From Pristiophorus japonicus (lineage: Eukaryota), in NCBI RefSeq assembly GCF_044704955.1, contig NC_091997.1:34596001-34660000 (forward strand): a stretch of DNA of 64,000 nt, read 5' to 3'. Numbering within the stretch: position 1 is the stretch's first letter; the number at the start of each line of letters is the position of its first letter. A program made the position numbers and the translations under genes. The notes under the pieces were generated by a model. The model was not told the DNA's origin, ran no database searches, and was given only the letters and a program-made list of their open reading frames with translations. This document shows, piece by piece, positions 47,001 to 58,854 of this stretch.

Positions 47001-47344
47001 ACCTCAGACTTTGCATTACTGCTTTACTCCTGTTTCCTTTGCTCAATGCTGAAATACTATCACCCTTACAAGTGTGATGGGCTGAATGTCCTCCTCCTGT
47101 GCTGTAGTTTATATAACTCGTGCCTGAGTCAGTAGCTTGGGGGTTTAACTCTCATTTGAAGAATACAGCGAATTCTGCCAGTGTCTGGGCCAAAACCTCT
47201 CGCTCAACCAACACCACCCGAAACATGCATTGATATATTTGTTCTTGGGATGGGGGAACACTAGCCAGACAGCATTTATTGCTCTTCCCTCATCACCACA
47301 AGGACATTAAGAATCACCCACATCGTGTGATACGGAATAAAAAT

Positions 47345-47778
47345 AATGGCTTGCATTTACATAGCGCCTTTCACAACCACCGGACGTTCCAAAGCGCTTT
47401 ACAACCAATGAAGTACTTTTATTAAAGCACAGTCACTGTTGTAATGTGGGAAACGCGACAGCCAATTGCGCACAGCAAGCTCCCACAAACAGCAATGTGA
47501 TAATGACCAGATCATCTCTTTTTTTTTAAGAGATGTAGATTGAGGGATAAATATGGGTCCCAGGACACCGAGGAGAACTCCCTGCTCTTCATCAAAATAG
47601 TGCCATGGGATCTTTTACATCCACCTGCGAGAGCAGACTCAGTTTAATGTCTCATCCGAAAGACAGCACTGCACTGGAGCATCAGTCTGGATTTTTGTGC
47701 TCAAGTCTCTGGAGTGGGATTTTAACCCACAACCTTCTGACTCAGAGGCGAGAGTGCTGCCCACTGAGCCACAGCTGA
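47345..47778 (-). mobile_element. Deu SINE (no array)
   Basis: Family motifs; the hairpin region is partly deleted. Confidence 0.8.
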
Positions 47779-48325
47779 CAGCTCTGTCACAACTCTTTTG
47801 GGGGGGGGGGGGGAAACAAAATAAACATTAGATCAAGTGCCCCCCGATCTGGGGGACACTCCAGACACTTAACTGCCCCTTTTTCTATTAAATGTTTTTT
47901 TTTGTTTTTTTAATGTTTTTTTTGTGATTTTTTTGGGGGGGCATTAAAACCATATATTTTACAAGTGCCCCCTATAAAAGAGGAGGGGGGCAGGGGGGCA
48001 GCTCTGTCACACCTCTTTTGGGGGGAACAAAATAAACATTAGATCAAGTGCCCCCCGATCTGGGGAACACTCCAGACACTTAACTGCCCCTTTTTCTAAT
48101 AAATGTTTTTTTTTTTGTGTGGGTTTCAACAGCTCCACAACTCTTTTAGAGTAAACAAATCAACATTAGATCGAGTGCCCCCCGATCTGGGGGACACTCC
48201 AGACACTCATAACAGCCCTCTTTTTTTTTGTTATTTTTAGGTTTTTTTTGTGTTTTTTTAGGGCATTAAAATTCAATATTTTACAAGTGCCCCCTATAAA
48301 AGTGGAGGGGGACAGCTCTGTCACA
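47777..48325 (-). mobile_element. Three stacked Tx1-type 3'-end fragments bounded by a 15-bp TSD
   Basis: GACAGCTCTGTCACA at 47777-47791 and 48311-48325. Each unit ends (minus strand) GGGGCACTYGATCTAATG...AAAAGAG(T/G). Confidence 0.7.
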
Positions 48326-48652
48326 TCTAGGCCACACGGACTGCAGGTGACTCACCACCACCTTCTCAAGTGCAATTAGGGATGGGCAATAAATGCTGGC
48401 CTAGCCAGCAACACCCACAGAGCTGGGTTTAAATGCCGGTCTTAATAACGAAGACCATATCCCAAACAGAGCTTTAAAAAGGCCAGGTTGGGTCGGAGTG
48501 TCAGGTGGTAATGCACCAGTTGGGTTTTGTAAACAATCCTGCAGTTTTCATAGCCATTTTTTCTCATGCCAGCCCAGAAATGACCTGATTTATTCAATAT
48601 CACAACCTGCTACAGGTAGTTGAATACATGACCACTGTGTTGCTTGTCCATT

Positions 48653-49000
48653 CATCATCATCATAGGCGGTCCCTCGTATCGAGGATGACTTGCTTCCAC
48701 GCCAAAAAGGGATGAGTTCACAGGTGTTTCAATAAAGGATCTAATATTCCAGATCCCGTACTACATGTTGAAGGGTGGAAGATGCCTGTGCATGGATTTT
48801 TTTAACGTGGGGTGGCCGTTGCACACCAGCCACCACACGGGCTTGACAGAGCTAGGTCTTGGTCCAGTGACAAGGGTTAACCAAGACGACTGGAGACCAG
48901 CTCTGCTGCATGGACCTAGTGCGCACACATATCGCAGTGTGGGCTGTCCCGTGCTGCTCCTGGGCCCTCCCGAACTCACGCCTCTCCTGGGCCCTGAACA
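48653..49000 (-). mobile_element. RTE-related short element
   Basis: (CAT)n-AGGCGGTCCCTCG...GACTTGCTTCCAC terminus as at 10800-10841 and 13281. Confidence 0.6.
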
Positions 49001-49024
49001 TCCTTCTATGAACTCTTGTCCATT

Positions 49025-49400
49025 ATTAAGCCACAGTGGGTAGCACTTCCACCTCTGATTCAGCAGGTTGTGGGTTCAAGTCCCACAACAGAGAATTAAG
49101 CACAAAAATCTAGGCTGACACTCCAGTGCAGTGTTGAGGGAGTGCTGCTCTGTTGGAGGTGCCGTCTTTCGGACGAGATGTTAAACCGAGACCCTGTCTG
49201 CTCTCTCAGGTGGATGTAAAAGATCCCGTGGCACTATTTCGAAGAGCAGGAGAGTTCCCCCTGGTGTCCTGAACCAATATTTATTCTCAAGCCAACATTA
49301 CTGAAACAGATTGTCTGTTTGTGGGACCTTGCTGTGTGCAGATTGGCTGCTGCCTTTGCGCTTACAGGAGTCACTGCTCTTGAATAATTTTCTACATAAG
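49025..49400 (+). mobile_element. Deu SINE with a single (unexpanded) hairpin unit
   Basis: CCAGTGCAGTGTTGAGGGAGTGCTGCTCTGTTGGAGGTGCCGTCTTTCGG. Confidence 0.8.
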
Positions 49401-49729
49401 TTCAGGTCTGCATGTTCCTGAATGTAATGCCAATGCATTTGATTGCGCACAATGTGTTGCGCAGGTATGAAAGACATGTTGGATATTACCCACCGTAAGA
49501 GAAAAGCCAAAGTTTTATTTTACAGTAAAAATTTGAAACCTGGTAAACTTTTTGTTTGTAAAAAAGCAAGATGTGTGTTTTTCTTGCAACATGCAAAACC
49601 CTTTTCAGGCTGGAATTGGGCTTTTGCAACGTTTAAAATATTTTAAATTAAAAGTGTATTTTTGAATTGAGTGATTTTTGTATTGTGCTGGGGGAGGTTC
49701 CGGGTTTGCAGCCACTTTAACTCCTTTCC

Positions 49730-50460
49730 CCTTTGCCTGAACATGGCTGCCCGGGCGGCTTTGCATCTTTTGCAGCTACGCAGCGGATCCCCAGATCCAC
49801 CTGTCAATCATCTCAGAATCACGTGAGCGCCACCGACCACCCCCGCTTCGACCAATCAGCGGTCTGGACCACCCCCTGGCAACGCCTCCTTGGCGACCCG
49901 AATCCCTATTGGCTTGAACAGCCGCCCGTCAGGTTTCTGACCAATCCGCGGACGCGTCCTTTACGTCCTCGCTTCCCTTTGTAGAAAAAAACCCACCTTC
50001 ACTGGGCTGTCAATTAAAACTGAGGGGGCGGAGCGGCGTCGGCCAATCGGCGTTTGGATCGGGGCCGATGTCCCGCCTCCCGCGACCTGGCGTCAAGCTC
50101 TCGACGCCCGGATGCGGCGCGCCGATTGGACGGGCCCGACGTCAATCAGGCGGGACGGCGCAGCCGATTGGCCGGCGGCGGCGCGCTCCACTTTGACCCT
50201 CTTAAAGTGAATAAAACATCATGAGCGGTAGGTCGCTTTTTAATTTTTACAAAATGAGTAGTTTTGGTGGCGGGGGGCGGGGGTGTGTGTGAGAATGGCG
50301 GCGGGAAGTCCCGGGGTCGGGGTGACAGGCGGCCGGCCGGCCGAGGGGGCGGCTGGGCTGGGGCGAGCCCGGGGCCGGGCCGCTCGCTCCCGGGCTCCGG
50401 CGGCCGCCGCCGCCGCGCTTTTTATTTCCTCCCCCCCGATATTTAAAGGCGCACCGAGGG
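49730..50460 (+). promoter_or_regulatory. SP2: SP2 CpG-island promoter
   Basis: CpG-dense; at least 6 CCAAT/ATTGG boxes (~49852, 49908, 49941, 50043, 50125, 50167), CTGTCAATCA (49801-49810), TCACGTGA E-box, GGGGCGG GC box, and a YY1-like AATGGCGGC in intron 1. Confidence 0.85.
50221..50227 (+). CDS. SP2: Transcription factor Sp2, coding exon 1 (ATGAGCG)
   Basis: ATCATGAGCG|gtaggt, the 7-nt MS(D) first coding exon typical of Sp1/Sp2/Sp4. Confidence 0.9.
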
Positions 50461-51065
50461 TGGGCAGCACACAATTAATGCAATGCACCCTAATAAAGCG
50501 TATTTCATCGCACCATTTTCCATTGCAAACTCTTGTACTGTAAACGATTTATTTTATATACAGCGATGTAATGTCATTTTAATATTTTTGTTTTCTGCAT
50601 GCGCCTGTTTTGGATTGGGGATGTCAAGATGCCCATGCAATGCCAGGAGACAGTGAAGGCACACCACGAAGGGAGGGTGGGCAAAATACAGTTAATGCCA
50701 TGCACCTTAATAAAGGATATTTTATTGCAACAGTTTGCATTGCAAACAATTTAATAATTCCTTTTTAATTTAAATTTTTAAATATTTTTGTTTTCCACAT
50801 GCAAACATTTGTTTTGCATTGGGGAATGTCAAGATGCCCATCCAGTGCTAGGAGAGGGAGAGAGGGTGGGCAACACACAATTAATGCAAAGCATCTTAAT
50901 GAAGGATATTTTATTGCAACATTTTGTATTGCAAACAATTTAATTTGTTTTATATTTAATTTTTTTAATGCTAAAATGAAATGTCATTTAATATTGTTTT
51001 CTGCATGCAAACATTGGTTTTCCATTGGGAATGTCAAGATCCCCATCCAATGCTAGGAGACAGTA
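50455..51065. repeat. Degenerate ~200-bp tandem triplication in SP2 intron 1
   Basis: GAGGGTGGGCA...TTAATGC...ATTGCAAAC...TGTCAAGAT.CCCAT...AGGAGA starting at ~50456, ~50673 and ~50862. Confidence 0.8.
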
Positions 51066-52439
51066 ACACCCCCATTGTAACGAGCCATATTTTCGTGGGA
51101 GGGAGGACGGGGGGGCGTGTGTGTGTGGGGAGGAGGTCTTGCAGCATTAATGCAGCAATGTGGACACTCAATAATCCCCCCTCCATCTCACCCGCTCTTC
51201 GTCACAATAGCTCCGGGCGATCTGATACAACATTGGTTTAGGTTTAGTATTTAAAAACATGATCTGGGTTAACTGGTGAGCACCTGCTCTAACCTTATAG
51301 GTTGGTAATTCTATGATGTACACAATGTTTGTAAATGTTACAGGTTGCTATTGTACAATACTGCTGTGGTGTGAGTGATCATTATCATATAACACTGATC
51401 ATGGTGGTGTTCTAGTGGTCACTGCCCTTCAGCACTGAAGCACTAATCACTATGCACAATGCTGTAATGTACTGTACAATGGTATTCAGTACTGTATCAC
51501 AGTGTGCAATGCTGTAATATTGATATGTTGGGAAGAGCAAAACTAGAGACCATCAATATAAGGTCGTCACCAAGAAATCCAAGAGAGTGGTGAGAATGTG
51601 GATCTCGCTGCCACAGGGAGTAGTTGAGGCAAATAGTATCGATGCATTTAAGAAGAGGCTGGATAAGCCTATGAGGGAGAAAGGAATAGAGGGATATGCT
51701 GATAGAGTTAGATGAGGAAGAATGGGAGGAGGCTCGAGTGGAGCATAACCGCTGGCAAGAACAGATTGGGCCGAATGGCCTGTTTCTGTGCTGTATTCTA
51801 TGTAATTTTATGTAACCTATGCTGTATCACAGTGCTCAATGCTGTAATATACTGTAAGACAATGTTCAGTGATGGGATACAGTGTAAAGCGTTCAATGCA
51901 GGTCTCGGCAGTATCGTGTTCAGTGAGTGTGTTGGTGTTTGCTAATTACTATAATATACTGTTCCATGGTGTTCATCAGACTAACGGCAGTGACTATTGT
52001 GAAAAGTAATGCATTGTATGTAAACATTCTGGGTGCAATGTGCTGTAGTGAACAAAAATCAAAATGCTGCAGGAGCTGGAAATCTGAAACAAAAACAGAA
52101 ACCAGCGGAGAGAGGAGACAAGTTAACGTTTTATTGGAACTGGGTAGTGAAGGTGACCGGGGCTCGAATCCCATCAAATGTGACTGTGGGGGATGGAGGG
52201 GAGGAGGTGGGGCGGGGAGGGGAGGTGGTCGGGGGGTACGGTCGGTGGCGGGGGAGGGGAGAAGGTGGGAGGGTGGAGGTGGGGGGGGAATGGGCGGGTG
52301 GGGGGGAGGTTTCCACTCCCCTACCTGGATAGCATTCCAGGTATGAAACGCCTGTGGACTGAGGGGCTTCCAGGCATCAGTCCTAATCTTGCCTTTTCCC
52401 ATTTTGTCGCTTTGTCCTGCAGTTGATGTTTAACATGAA

Positions 52440-53525
52440 CTAGGAAAGAAAGAACATGCATTTATATAGCGCTTTCCTTGACCACTGGACGGCCCAAAGC
52501 ACTTTATGTGAATGAAGTACTTTTGGAATGTAGTCACTGTTGTAATGTAAGACACACGCCAGCCAACTTACGCACAGCAAGCTCCCACAAACAGCAATAT
52601 GATAATGACCAGATAATCTGTTTAGTGATGTTGGTTGGGGGATAAATACTGGCCCCAGAACACCGGGGAGAACGTCCCTGCTCTTCTTCAAATAATTTTT
52701 TACATCCACCTGAGAATGCAGACGGGGCCTTGGTTTAACATCTAATCTGAAAGAAGGCGCCTTGACAGTGCGGCACTCCCTCAGTGCTGCCCCTTCGACA
52801 GTGCGACACTCCCTCAGTACTGCACCTCCGACAGTGCAGCACTCCCTCAGTACTGCCTCTCCAACCGTGCGGCGCTCCCTCAGTACTGCCCCTCCGACAG
52901 TGCGACACTCCCTCAGTACTGCCCCTCCGACAGTGCGACACTCCCTCAGTACTGCTCCTCCGACAGTGCGGCGCTCCCTCAGTACTGCCCCTCCGACAGT
53001 GCGGCACTCCCTCAGTACTGCTCTTCCGACAGTGCGGCACTCCCTCAGTACTGCCCCTCCGACAGTGCAGCACTCCCTCAGTACTGCCTCTCCGACTGTG
53101 CGGCGCTCCCTCAGTACTGCCCCTCCAACAGTGCGGCACTCCCTCAGTACTGCCCCTCCGACAGTGCGACACTCCCTCAGTACTGCCCCTCCGACAGTGC
53201 GGCGCTCCCTCAGTACTGCCCCTCCGACAGTGCGACGCTCCCTCAGTACTGCCCCTCCGACAGTGCGGCACTCCCTCAGTACTGCCCCTCCGACAGTGCA
53301 GCACTCCCTCAGTACTGCCTCTCCGACCGTGCGGCGCTCCCTCAGTACTGCCCCTCCGACAGTGCGACACTCCCTCAGCGCTGATCCTCCGACAGTGCGG
53401 CGCTCCCTCAGTACTGCCCCTCCGACAGTGCGGCACTCCCTCAGTACTGCACAGGGAGTGTCAGCCTGGATCTGGTACTCAAGTCTTTGGAGTGGGACTT
53501 GAACCATGACGTTCTGACTCAGAAA
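52440..53525 (-). mobile_element. Deu SINE with ~21-unit 33-bp array
   Basis: Family motifs. Confidence 0.85.
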
Positions 53526-53823
53526 AGTGTGGAGGTATATCTAAAAGTTCGGGCTCAGCCCTGTTGTGCTTCTCGTTGCAGCCGAACAACTTGTGGGTTC
53601 GATGTCGATGCTCATGCCTGTGAAGGGGTTGAGGGCGGCTGGGAACTGTTGAAACCAAATCCCACCGTGGGTGTGTATCTTCAGTTGGGGGGGGTGGGAG
53701 GAATAGGAAGAATAAGTAAACAAAGAGGGGTGAGGTGAGAGGTGACATGAGCCACTCAGGGCTCAGGAAAAGGATTCCTTTCCACCTGCCGTTTACAAAT
53801 AATCGCTGCATTTTCTCTTTCAG

Positions 53824-53903
53824 ACCAGCAGGACAATATGGCTGCCACCTCCACGATTAGTCCCAGTGAATACCTCCAACCAGCAGCGTCGACAGTGACA
53901 GAG
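53824..53903 (+). CDS. SP2: SP2 coding exon 2 (80 bp)
   Basis: ttttctctttcag|(D)QQDNMAATSTISPSEYLQPAASTVTE|gtaagg, matching human DPQTSMAATAAVSPSDYLQPAASTTQ. Confidence 0.95.
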
Positions 53904-54270
53904 GTAAGGGAGGCATTTCTCTATTGTACCACCTGCCCTCAAACAATGGCACGGCTCCAGGAGCCCGTAACCCCCTCCACCGACCGCGCCCCCCACTGAC
54001 CCCCCCCCCCCCACATCCTTCCCTCCCCCCCACACCCCACCGACCATCACCCCCTCCGCCCACCCCCCCTCCAGGCACCTTCTGCTCTCCCGATGCGCTG
54101 GGCGAGCGGGGTGCTGGTACCTGAGTAACGGGCACACCAGCCGAGCGTCACTTTCACATTCCCTGCCTCGCTTTGGGGGTGGGGGAGGGGAGTGCTGCGA
54201 CTTCACCCCGATTGCTTCCGTTCCCCCCACTCTTTTTAAAAAATGTTTCTCCGCCTCTTCTCTCCCCCCC

Positions 54271-54543
54271 TGTAATGTATTTGCTTCGTGGGTTCTTTGC
54301 TTAAGAATTCACAGCAACACATTGTGATTAAGAACTATTTGGTTTATTAGCAAAGGTTTAACAATCACACTACAAATTATCGGTTCATCCACCAGGCTCA
54401 CAACCACCTGCCTCATCGTGGATCCCCGAACTCAACTGGCTGGGGTTTTATTAACTCTTATGAACATCACATGACTGGCTAAGCCACTCACAATGCAACA
54501 GCTCTACAAACCCATGAGCATACTCACAGGGGCGTACATTACA
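54271..54543 (-). mobile_element. Solo LTR (273 bp)
   Basis: TGTAATGTA...TACATTACA termini; same family as 15403-16112. Confidence 0.85.
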
Positions 54544-55094
54544 CCCACTCTCCCAATTTGTTCCCCTCATCTGCCAGCACCTGGTGTTGCCAGGATCCAG
54601 GTTCAGTGTCCGTCGACTGCCGTCTGGTAACTTGCCCGTTCTTGATGTACGAAAAGCCTGGACGCTGTCAGCGGGCAATTCAGCTGTGAAGGCCATCGCA
54701 ACCAAATCATCCACGACCCGCCTCTTTCCAGCAGGGGTCGCTGGACAATGATCGGGGGCACGAACCCTGGCTGATTCTTCCCTTCCCCAGCAAAGAGAGG
54801 CAGGGCCCAGTTCTATGGACCCGATTGCCATCTCAGTTGGGGATCGGGGATCGAACCGGGGACTGCGTAGGGCTGTGGATTTACCTCCCAAGTCCTCAGA
54901 CGACACCCATAAATCTTCAAATTACATTCCGTCTCTATGTACATGGAGACATTCCAGGCGATTTGATAAATCAGCGCAATCGGTAAGCAGCCTCAAAAGC
55001 CAGCAGGATATTTTGGGGAATTCCCGACAGCGTGCCCACGCATTGCGCCTGAATATAGTTAGAAACGACACAGGCAAGCAGTCGGAGAGAAGAG

Positions 55095-55790
55095 GCGAGC
55101 TGTGGCTCAGTGGGAAACACTCTCGCCTCCGAGTCAGAAGGTCCTGGGTTCAAGCCCCACATCAGCACATAATCCAGGCTGATACTTCCAGTGCAGGACT
55201 GAGGGAGTGCTGCACCGTCGGAGGGGCAGTACTGAGGGAGCGCCGCACTGTCGGAGTGGCAGTACTGAGGGAGCGCTGCACTGTTGGAGGGGCAGTACTG
55301 AGGGAACGCTGCACTGTCGGAGGGGCAGTACTGAGGGAGCGCTGCACTGTCGGAGGGGCAGTACTGAGGGAGCGCTGCACTGTCGGAGTGGCAGTACTGA
55401 GGGAGCGCTGCACTGTCGGAGGGGCAGTACTGAGGGAGCGCTGCACTGTCGGAGGGGCAGTACTGAGGGAGCGCTGCACTGTCGGAGGGGCAGTACTAAG
55501 GAACGCTGCACTTTCGGATGAGATGTTAAACCGAAGCCCTCATCTGCTCTCTCAGGTAGACATAAGCAGATAAGCAGATGAGCAGAAGAGTTCTCCCTGG
55601 TGTTCTGGCCAATATTTATCCCTCAACCAACATCACTAAAACAACAGATTATCTCAGTGCTGCATGTGGGATCTTGCTGTGCACAATTTGGCTGCCATGT
55701 TCCCCACATTTACAACATTGACCGTGCTTCAAAGAAGTACTGCATTGGCTGTAAAGCACATTGTGACAGGCGCTGTATAAATGCAAGTTC
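55095..55790 (+). mobile_element. Deu SINE with ~10-unit array
   Basis: Ends about 50 nt before the SP2 exon-3 acceptor. Confidence 0.85.
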
Positions 55791-55841
55791 TCGCTAAGGT
55801 TTCTAAGTTCTCCCCCTTTCTTTCCCTGACTGTTGCTGCAG

Positions 55842-57165
55842 GATTCTCAGCCGTCCCCTCTGGCCCTCCTGGCAGCGACGTGCAGCAAGATTGGTCCCCC
55901 GGCTGCAGAATCCGGCTCCTCTCCCTCCCCGGTGGCCATGCAGGTGGTCACCAAGAAGCTGCCGCTGCTGAAGCCGGCGCCGGCACCCAATGGGCAAAGT
56001 GGCAGCAACTTCAGCTTCATCGCCGCCAACGGGAAAGTCTTCCAGATCCAGGGGTCGCAGGTCGGCGGCGCAGCCGTCAGCTCCTCCGGCGCGGGGCAGC
56101 TGGTGCTGGCCATCCAGAACCAAGCGGTGGTCAGCAAAGGCTCGCGGCCGAACATTCAGTACCAGGTGATCCCCCAGGTCCAGACCCTGGGGGGGCAGTC
56201 CCTCCAGATCGCCAGCATGCCGCAAAACATGGCGGGCCAGATCCAGATCATTCCGGGCACCAACCAGGCCTTTGTCACCACCACCGCACCGGTGACCAGT
56301 GCGCAGAAGATCTCCCCCCAGACCATGCACATCAAGCCCGCCGTCTCCCTCCCCGTCCAGGTGCAGAAGATTGGCGGCACCACCCTGCAAGCCCAGGGCA
56401 ACATCATCAAACTGGCAGGCGGTGGAAACGTCGCGCTGTCCATGCCTGTCAGTAACTTGGTTGGCGCCGGTGATGGGACCGCCATACAGCTGACCGGCGA
56501 GGCACTCTGTGGCGGTGGCCACGGCACGACGAAGCTCAGCAAGAGGTTGAGGAGGAAGTCGGCAAACCCCGCCACGGTGACGGAAACGGTGACGCTGGTG
56601 GAGACCTCGTCGGGAAATGTCATCCATCCGGGGACCAACGTGCTGCTGGTGCAGAGCCCCGGTTCCGGCGTCCTGCAGCAGGTGCAGGTGGTGAAGCAGG
56701 AGCCGGCGATGCAGAGCATCCCCCAGCAGGCCATCCGGGTGGTGCAGGCGGCCTCCATGAGTGGCCACACCCTTCCCACCGTCCCGCAGAAGTCCCCGCA
56801 GAACCTCCAGGTCCAGGCCGGCGAGCACAACTCCACACCGGTCATCATCCGGGCGCATTCCGTCTCCTCCCCCACGGGACAGGTCAACTGGCAGACCCTG
56901 CCGGTGAAGAACGCCTCGGCATCTCAGCAAGGCTCGAGCCCCTCCGCGGTGAGCAGCCTGCCCCGCATTGTCCCAGCCGGAGGGGGGAAGAGATCCACCA
57001 CGGGCTCCATGATCCGGAAGGGGAACGCCTTGCCGAGGATTGCACCGGCAGGGGGCACCATAAACCTAAACACTGCACAGTTTGCCGCTGGCCATGCCAT
57101 ACAGACCATCAGCATCAACGGGCTGCAAGTACCAGGAGTTCCCGTAACCGTCACCAATGCTGCAG
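55842..57165 (+). CDS. SP2: SP2 coding exon 3 (1324 bp; Sp box and Gln-rich transactivation region)
   Basis: ctgcag|DSQPSPLALLAATCSKIGPP (Sp box)...NIIKLAGGGN..., LPRIAPAGG, QTISINGLQVPGVPVTVTNAA(G)|gtgaga. Confidence 0.95.
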
Positions 57166-57225
57166 GTGAGAAGCCATTTGCCAAAAAGCTTCATTCCATC
57201 AAATTTTATGCAGCGAGTTGTTGTA

Positions 57226-57740
57226 AGAACATAAGAAATAGGAGCAGGAGTCGGCCATTCGGCCCCTTGAGCCTGCTCCGCCATTCAATAAAATCATGGC
57301 TGATGTGATCTTGGCCTCAACGCCACTTCCCCGCCTGCTCCCCATAACCCTTGACTCCCTTATCATTCAAAAATCTGTCTATCTCCGCCTTAAATATATT
57401 CAATGACCCAGCCTCCACAGTTCTCTGGACAAAGAATTCTACAGATTCACGACCCTCTGAGAGAAGAAATTCCTCCTCCGTTTTAAATGGGCAATCCCTT
57501 ATTCTGAAACTATGCCCCCTAGCTCTGGATTCCTCCACGAGGGGAAACATCCTCTCTGCTTCTTATACGCTTCAATAAGATCACCTCTCATTCTTCTAAA
57601 CTCCAATGAGTATAGGCCCAACCTGCTCAACCTTTCTTCATGACAAACCCTTCATCTCAGGAATCAACCTCTTGAACCTTCTCTGAACTGCCTCCAATGC
57701 AAGTATATCCCTCTTTAAATAAGGGGACCAAAACTGCTAT
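57226..57740 (-). mobile_element. CR1 LINE 3' fragment
   Basis: ORF 57317-57550; ACATAAGA tail. Confidence 0.8.
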
Positions 57741-58519
57741 GATCTGGAACTGCCTGAAAGGGTGGTGGAAGCAGATTCAATAGTAACTTACAAAAGGGCA
57801 ATTGGATAAACACTTGAAGAGAAAAAATATGCCGTGCTATGGGGAAAGAGCGGGGGAGTGGCATTAGTTGGATAGCTCCTTCATAGAGCCAGGCACAATG
57901 GGCCAAATGGCTGTCTGTGCAGTATCGTTCTACGATTCATAGATAGACCTTGTGCAAGAGAAAGGAATTTATTCCAACAAAGTAACGGGTAAAATAATGG
58001 AGAGGAGATCCAGTCAGCCCCTTGAGCCTGTTCTACCATTTATTTAGATTATGGATCATAGAATTGTACAGCACAGGAGGCCATTCAGCCCATCTAGCCA
58101 ATACATCCCTTTTCCCTGCTCTTCCCCCACAGCCCCGCAACTCTTTCTTTTTCAAGTATTTACCCAATTCCCTTTTGAAAGTTACGATTGAATCTGCTCC
58201 GACTGCCCTTTCAGGCGGCGCATTCCAGATCACAACTCGCTGCATAAAGCAAATTCTCCTCTTCCCTCTAGTTCTTTTGGCAATTACCTTAAATCTGTGT
58301 CCTCTGGTTACCAACCCTCCTACCAGTGGAAACAATTTCATTTAATATTTTTAAAATTTTAATGGATAGTGTAGAGAGAGAGAAACTGTGCCACAGCTCC
58401 TTACACCTGCCTTTGCTCATTATTCCATGATACTGTTACCCAGCAATAATCTATCAGTGCAATACGTTGGCTGCACTGAGGGTTGGATGGTGCAGTGCTG
58501 TCTGTGACCTCTGTATCTT

Positions 58520-58690
58520 TAATACAAAAGCTAAATACTGCGGAAGCTGGAAATCTTAAATAAAAACAGGAAATGCTGGAAATACGCGGCAGGTCAGGCA
58601 GCCCCTGTGGAGAGAGAAACAGAGTTAATGTTTCAGGGCGATGACTTGTCTCCACAGATGCTAAGTATTTCCAGCATTTTCTGTCTCCTC
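58520..58690. mobile_element. Fold-back Penelope pLTR fragment
   Basis: ACAGGAAATGCTGGAAATAC...CTGTGGAGA / TCTCCACAG...GTATTTCCAGCATTTTCTGT inverted arms around a truncated hammerhead remnant. Confidence 0.65.
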
Positions 58691-58854
58691 TCATGTTGGC
58701 TGTAAGCATTGAAGTGTCAGCTTGGCTCGGTGGGCAGCCCTCTCGCCTCTCAGTTAGAAGGTCGTGCGTTGAAGTCCCACTCCAGAGACTTGAGCACAAA
58801 ATCTAGGCTGACACTCCCAGTGCAGTGCTGAGATAGTGCAACAGTGCCATCTTT

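Noticed and set aside
55803-56930. 375-aa and 243-aa minus-strand ORFs
   Set aside because: Antisense shadows of the GC-rich SP2 exon 3.
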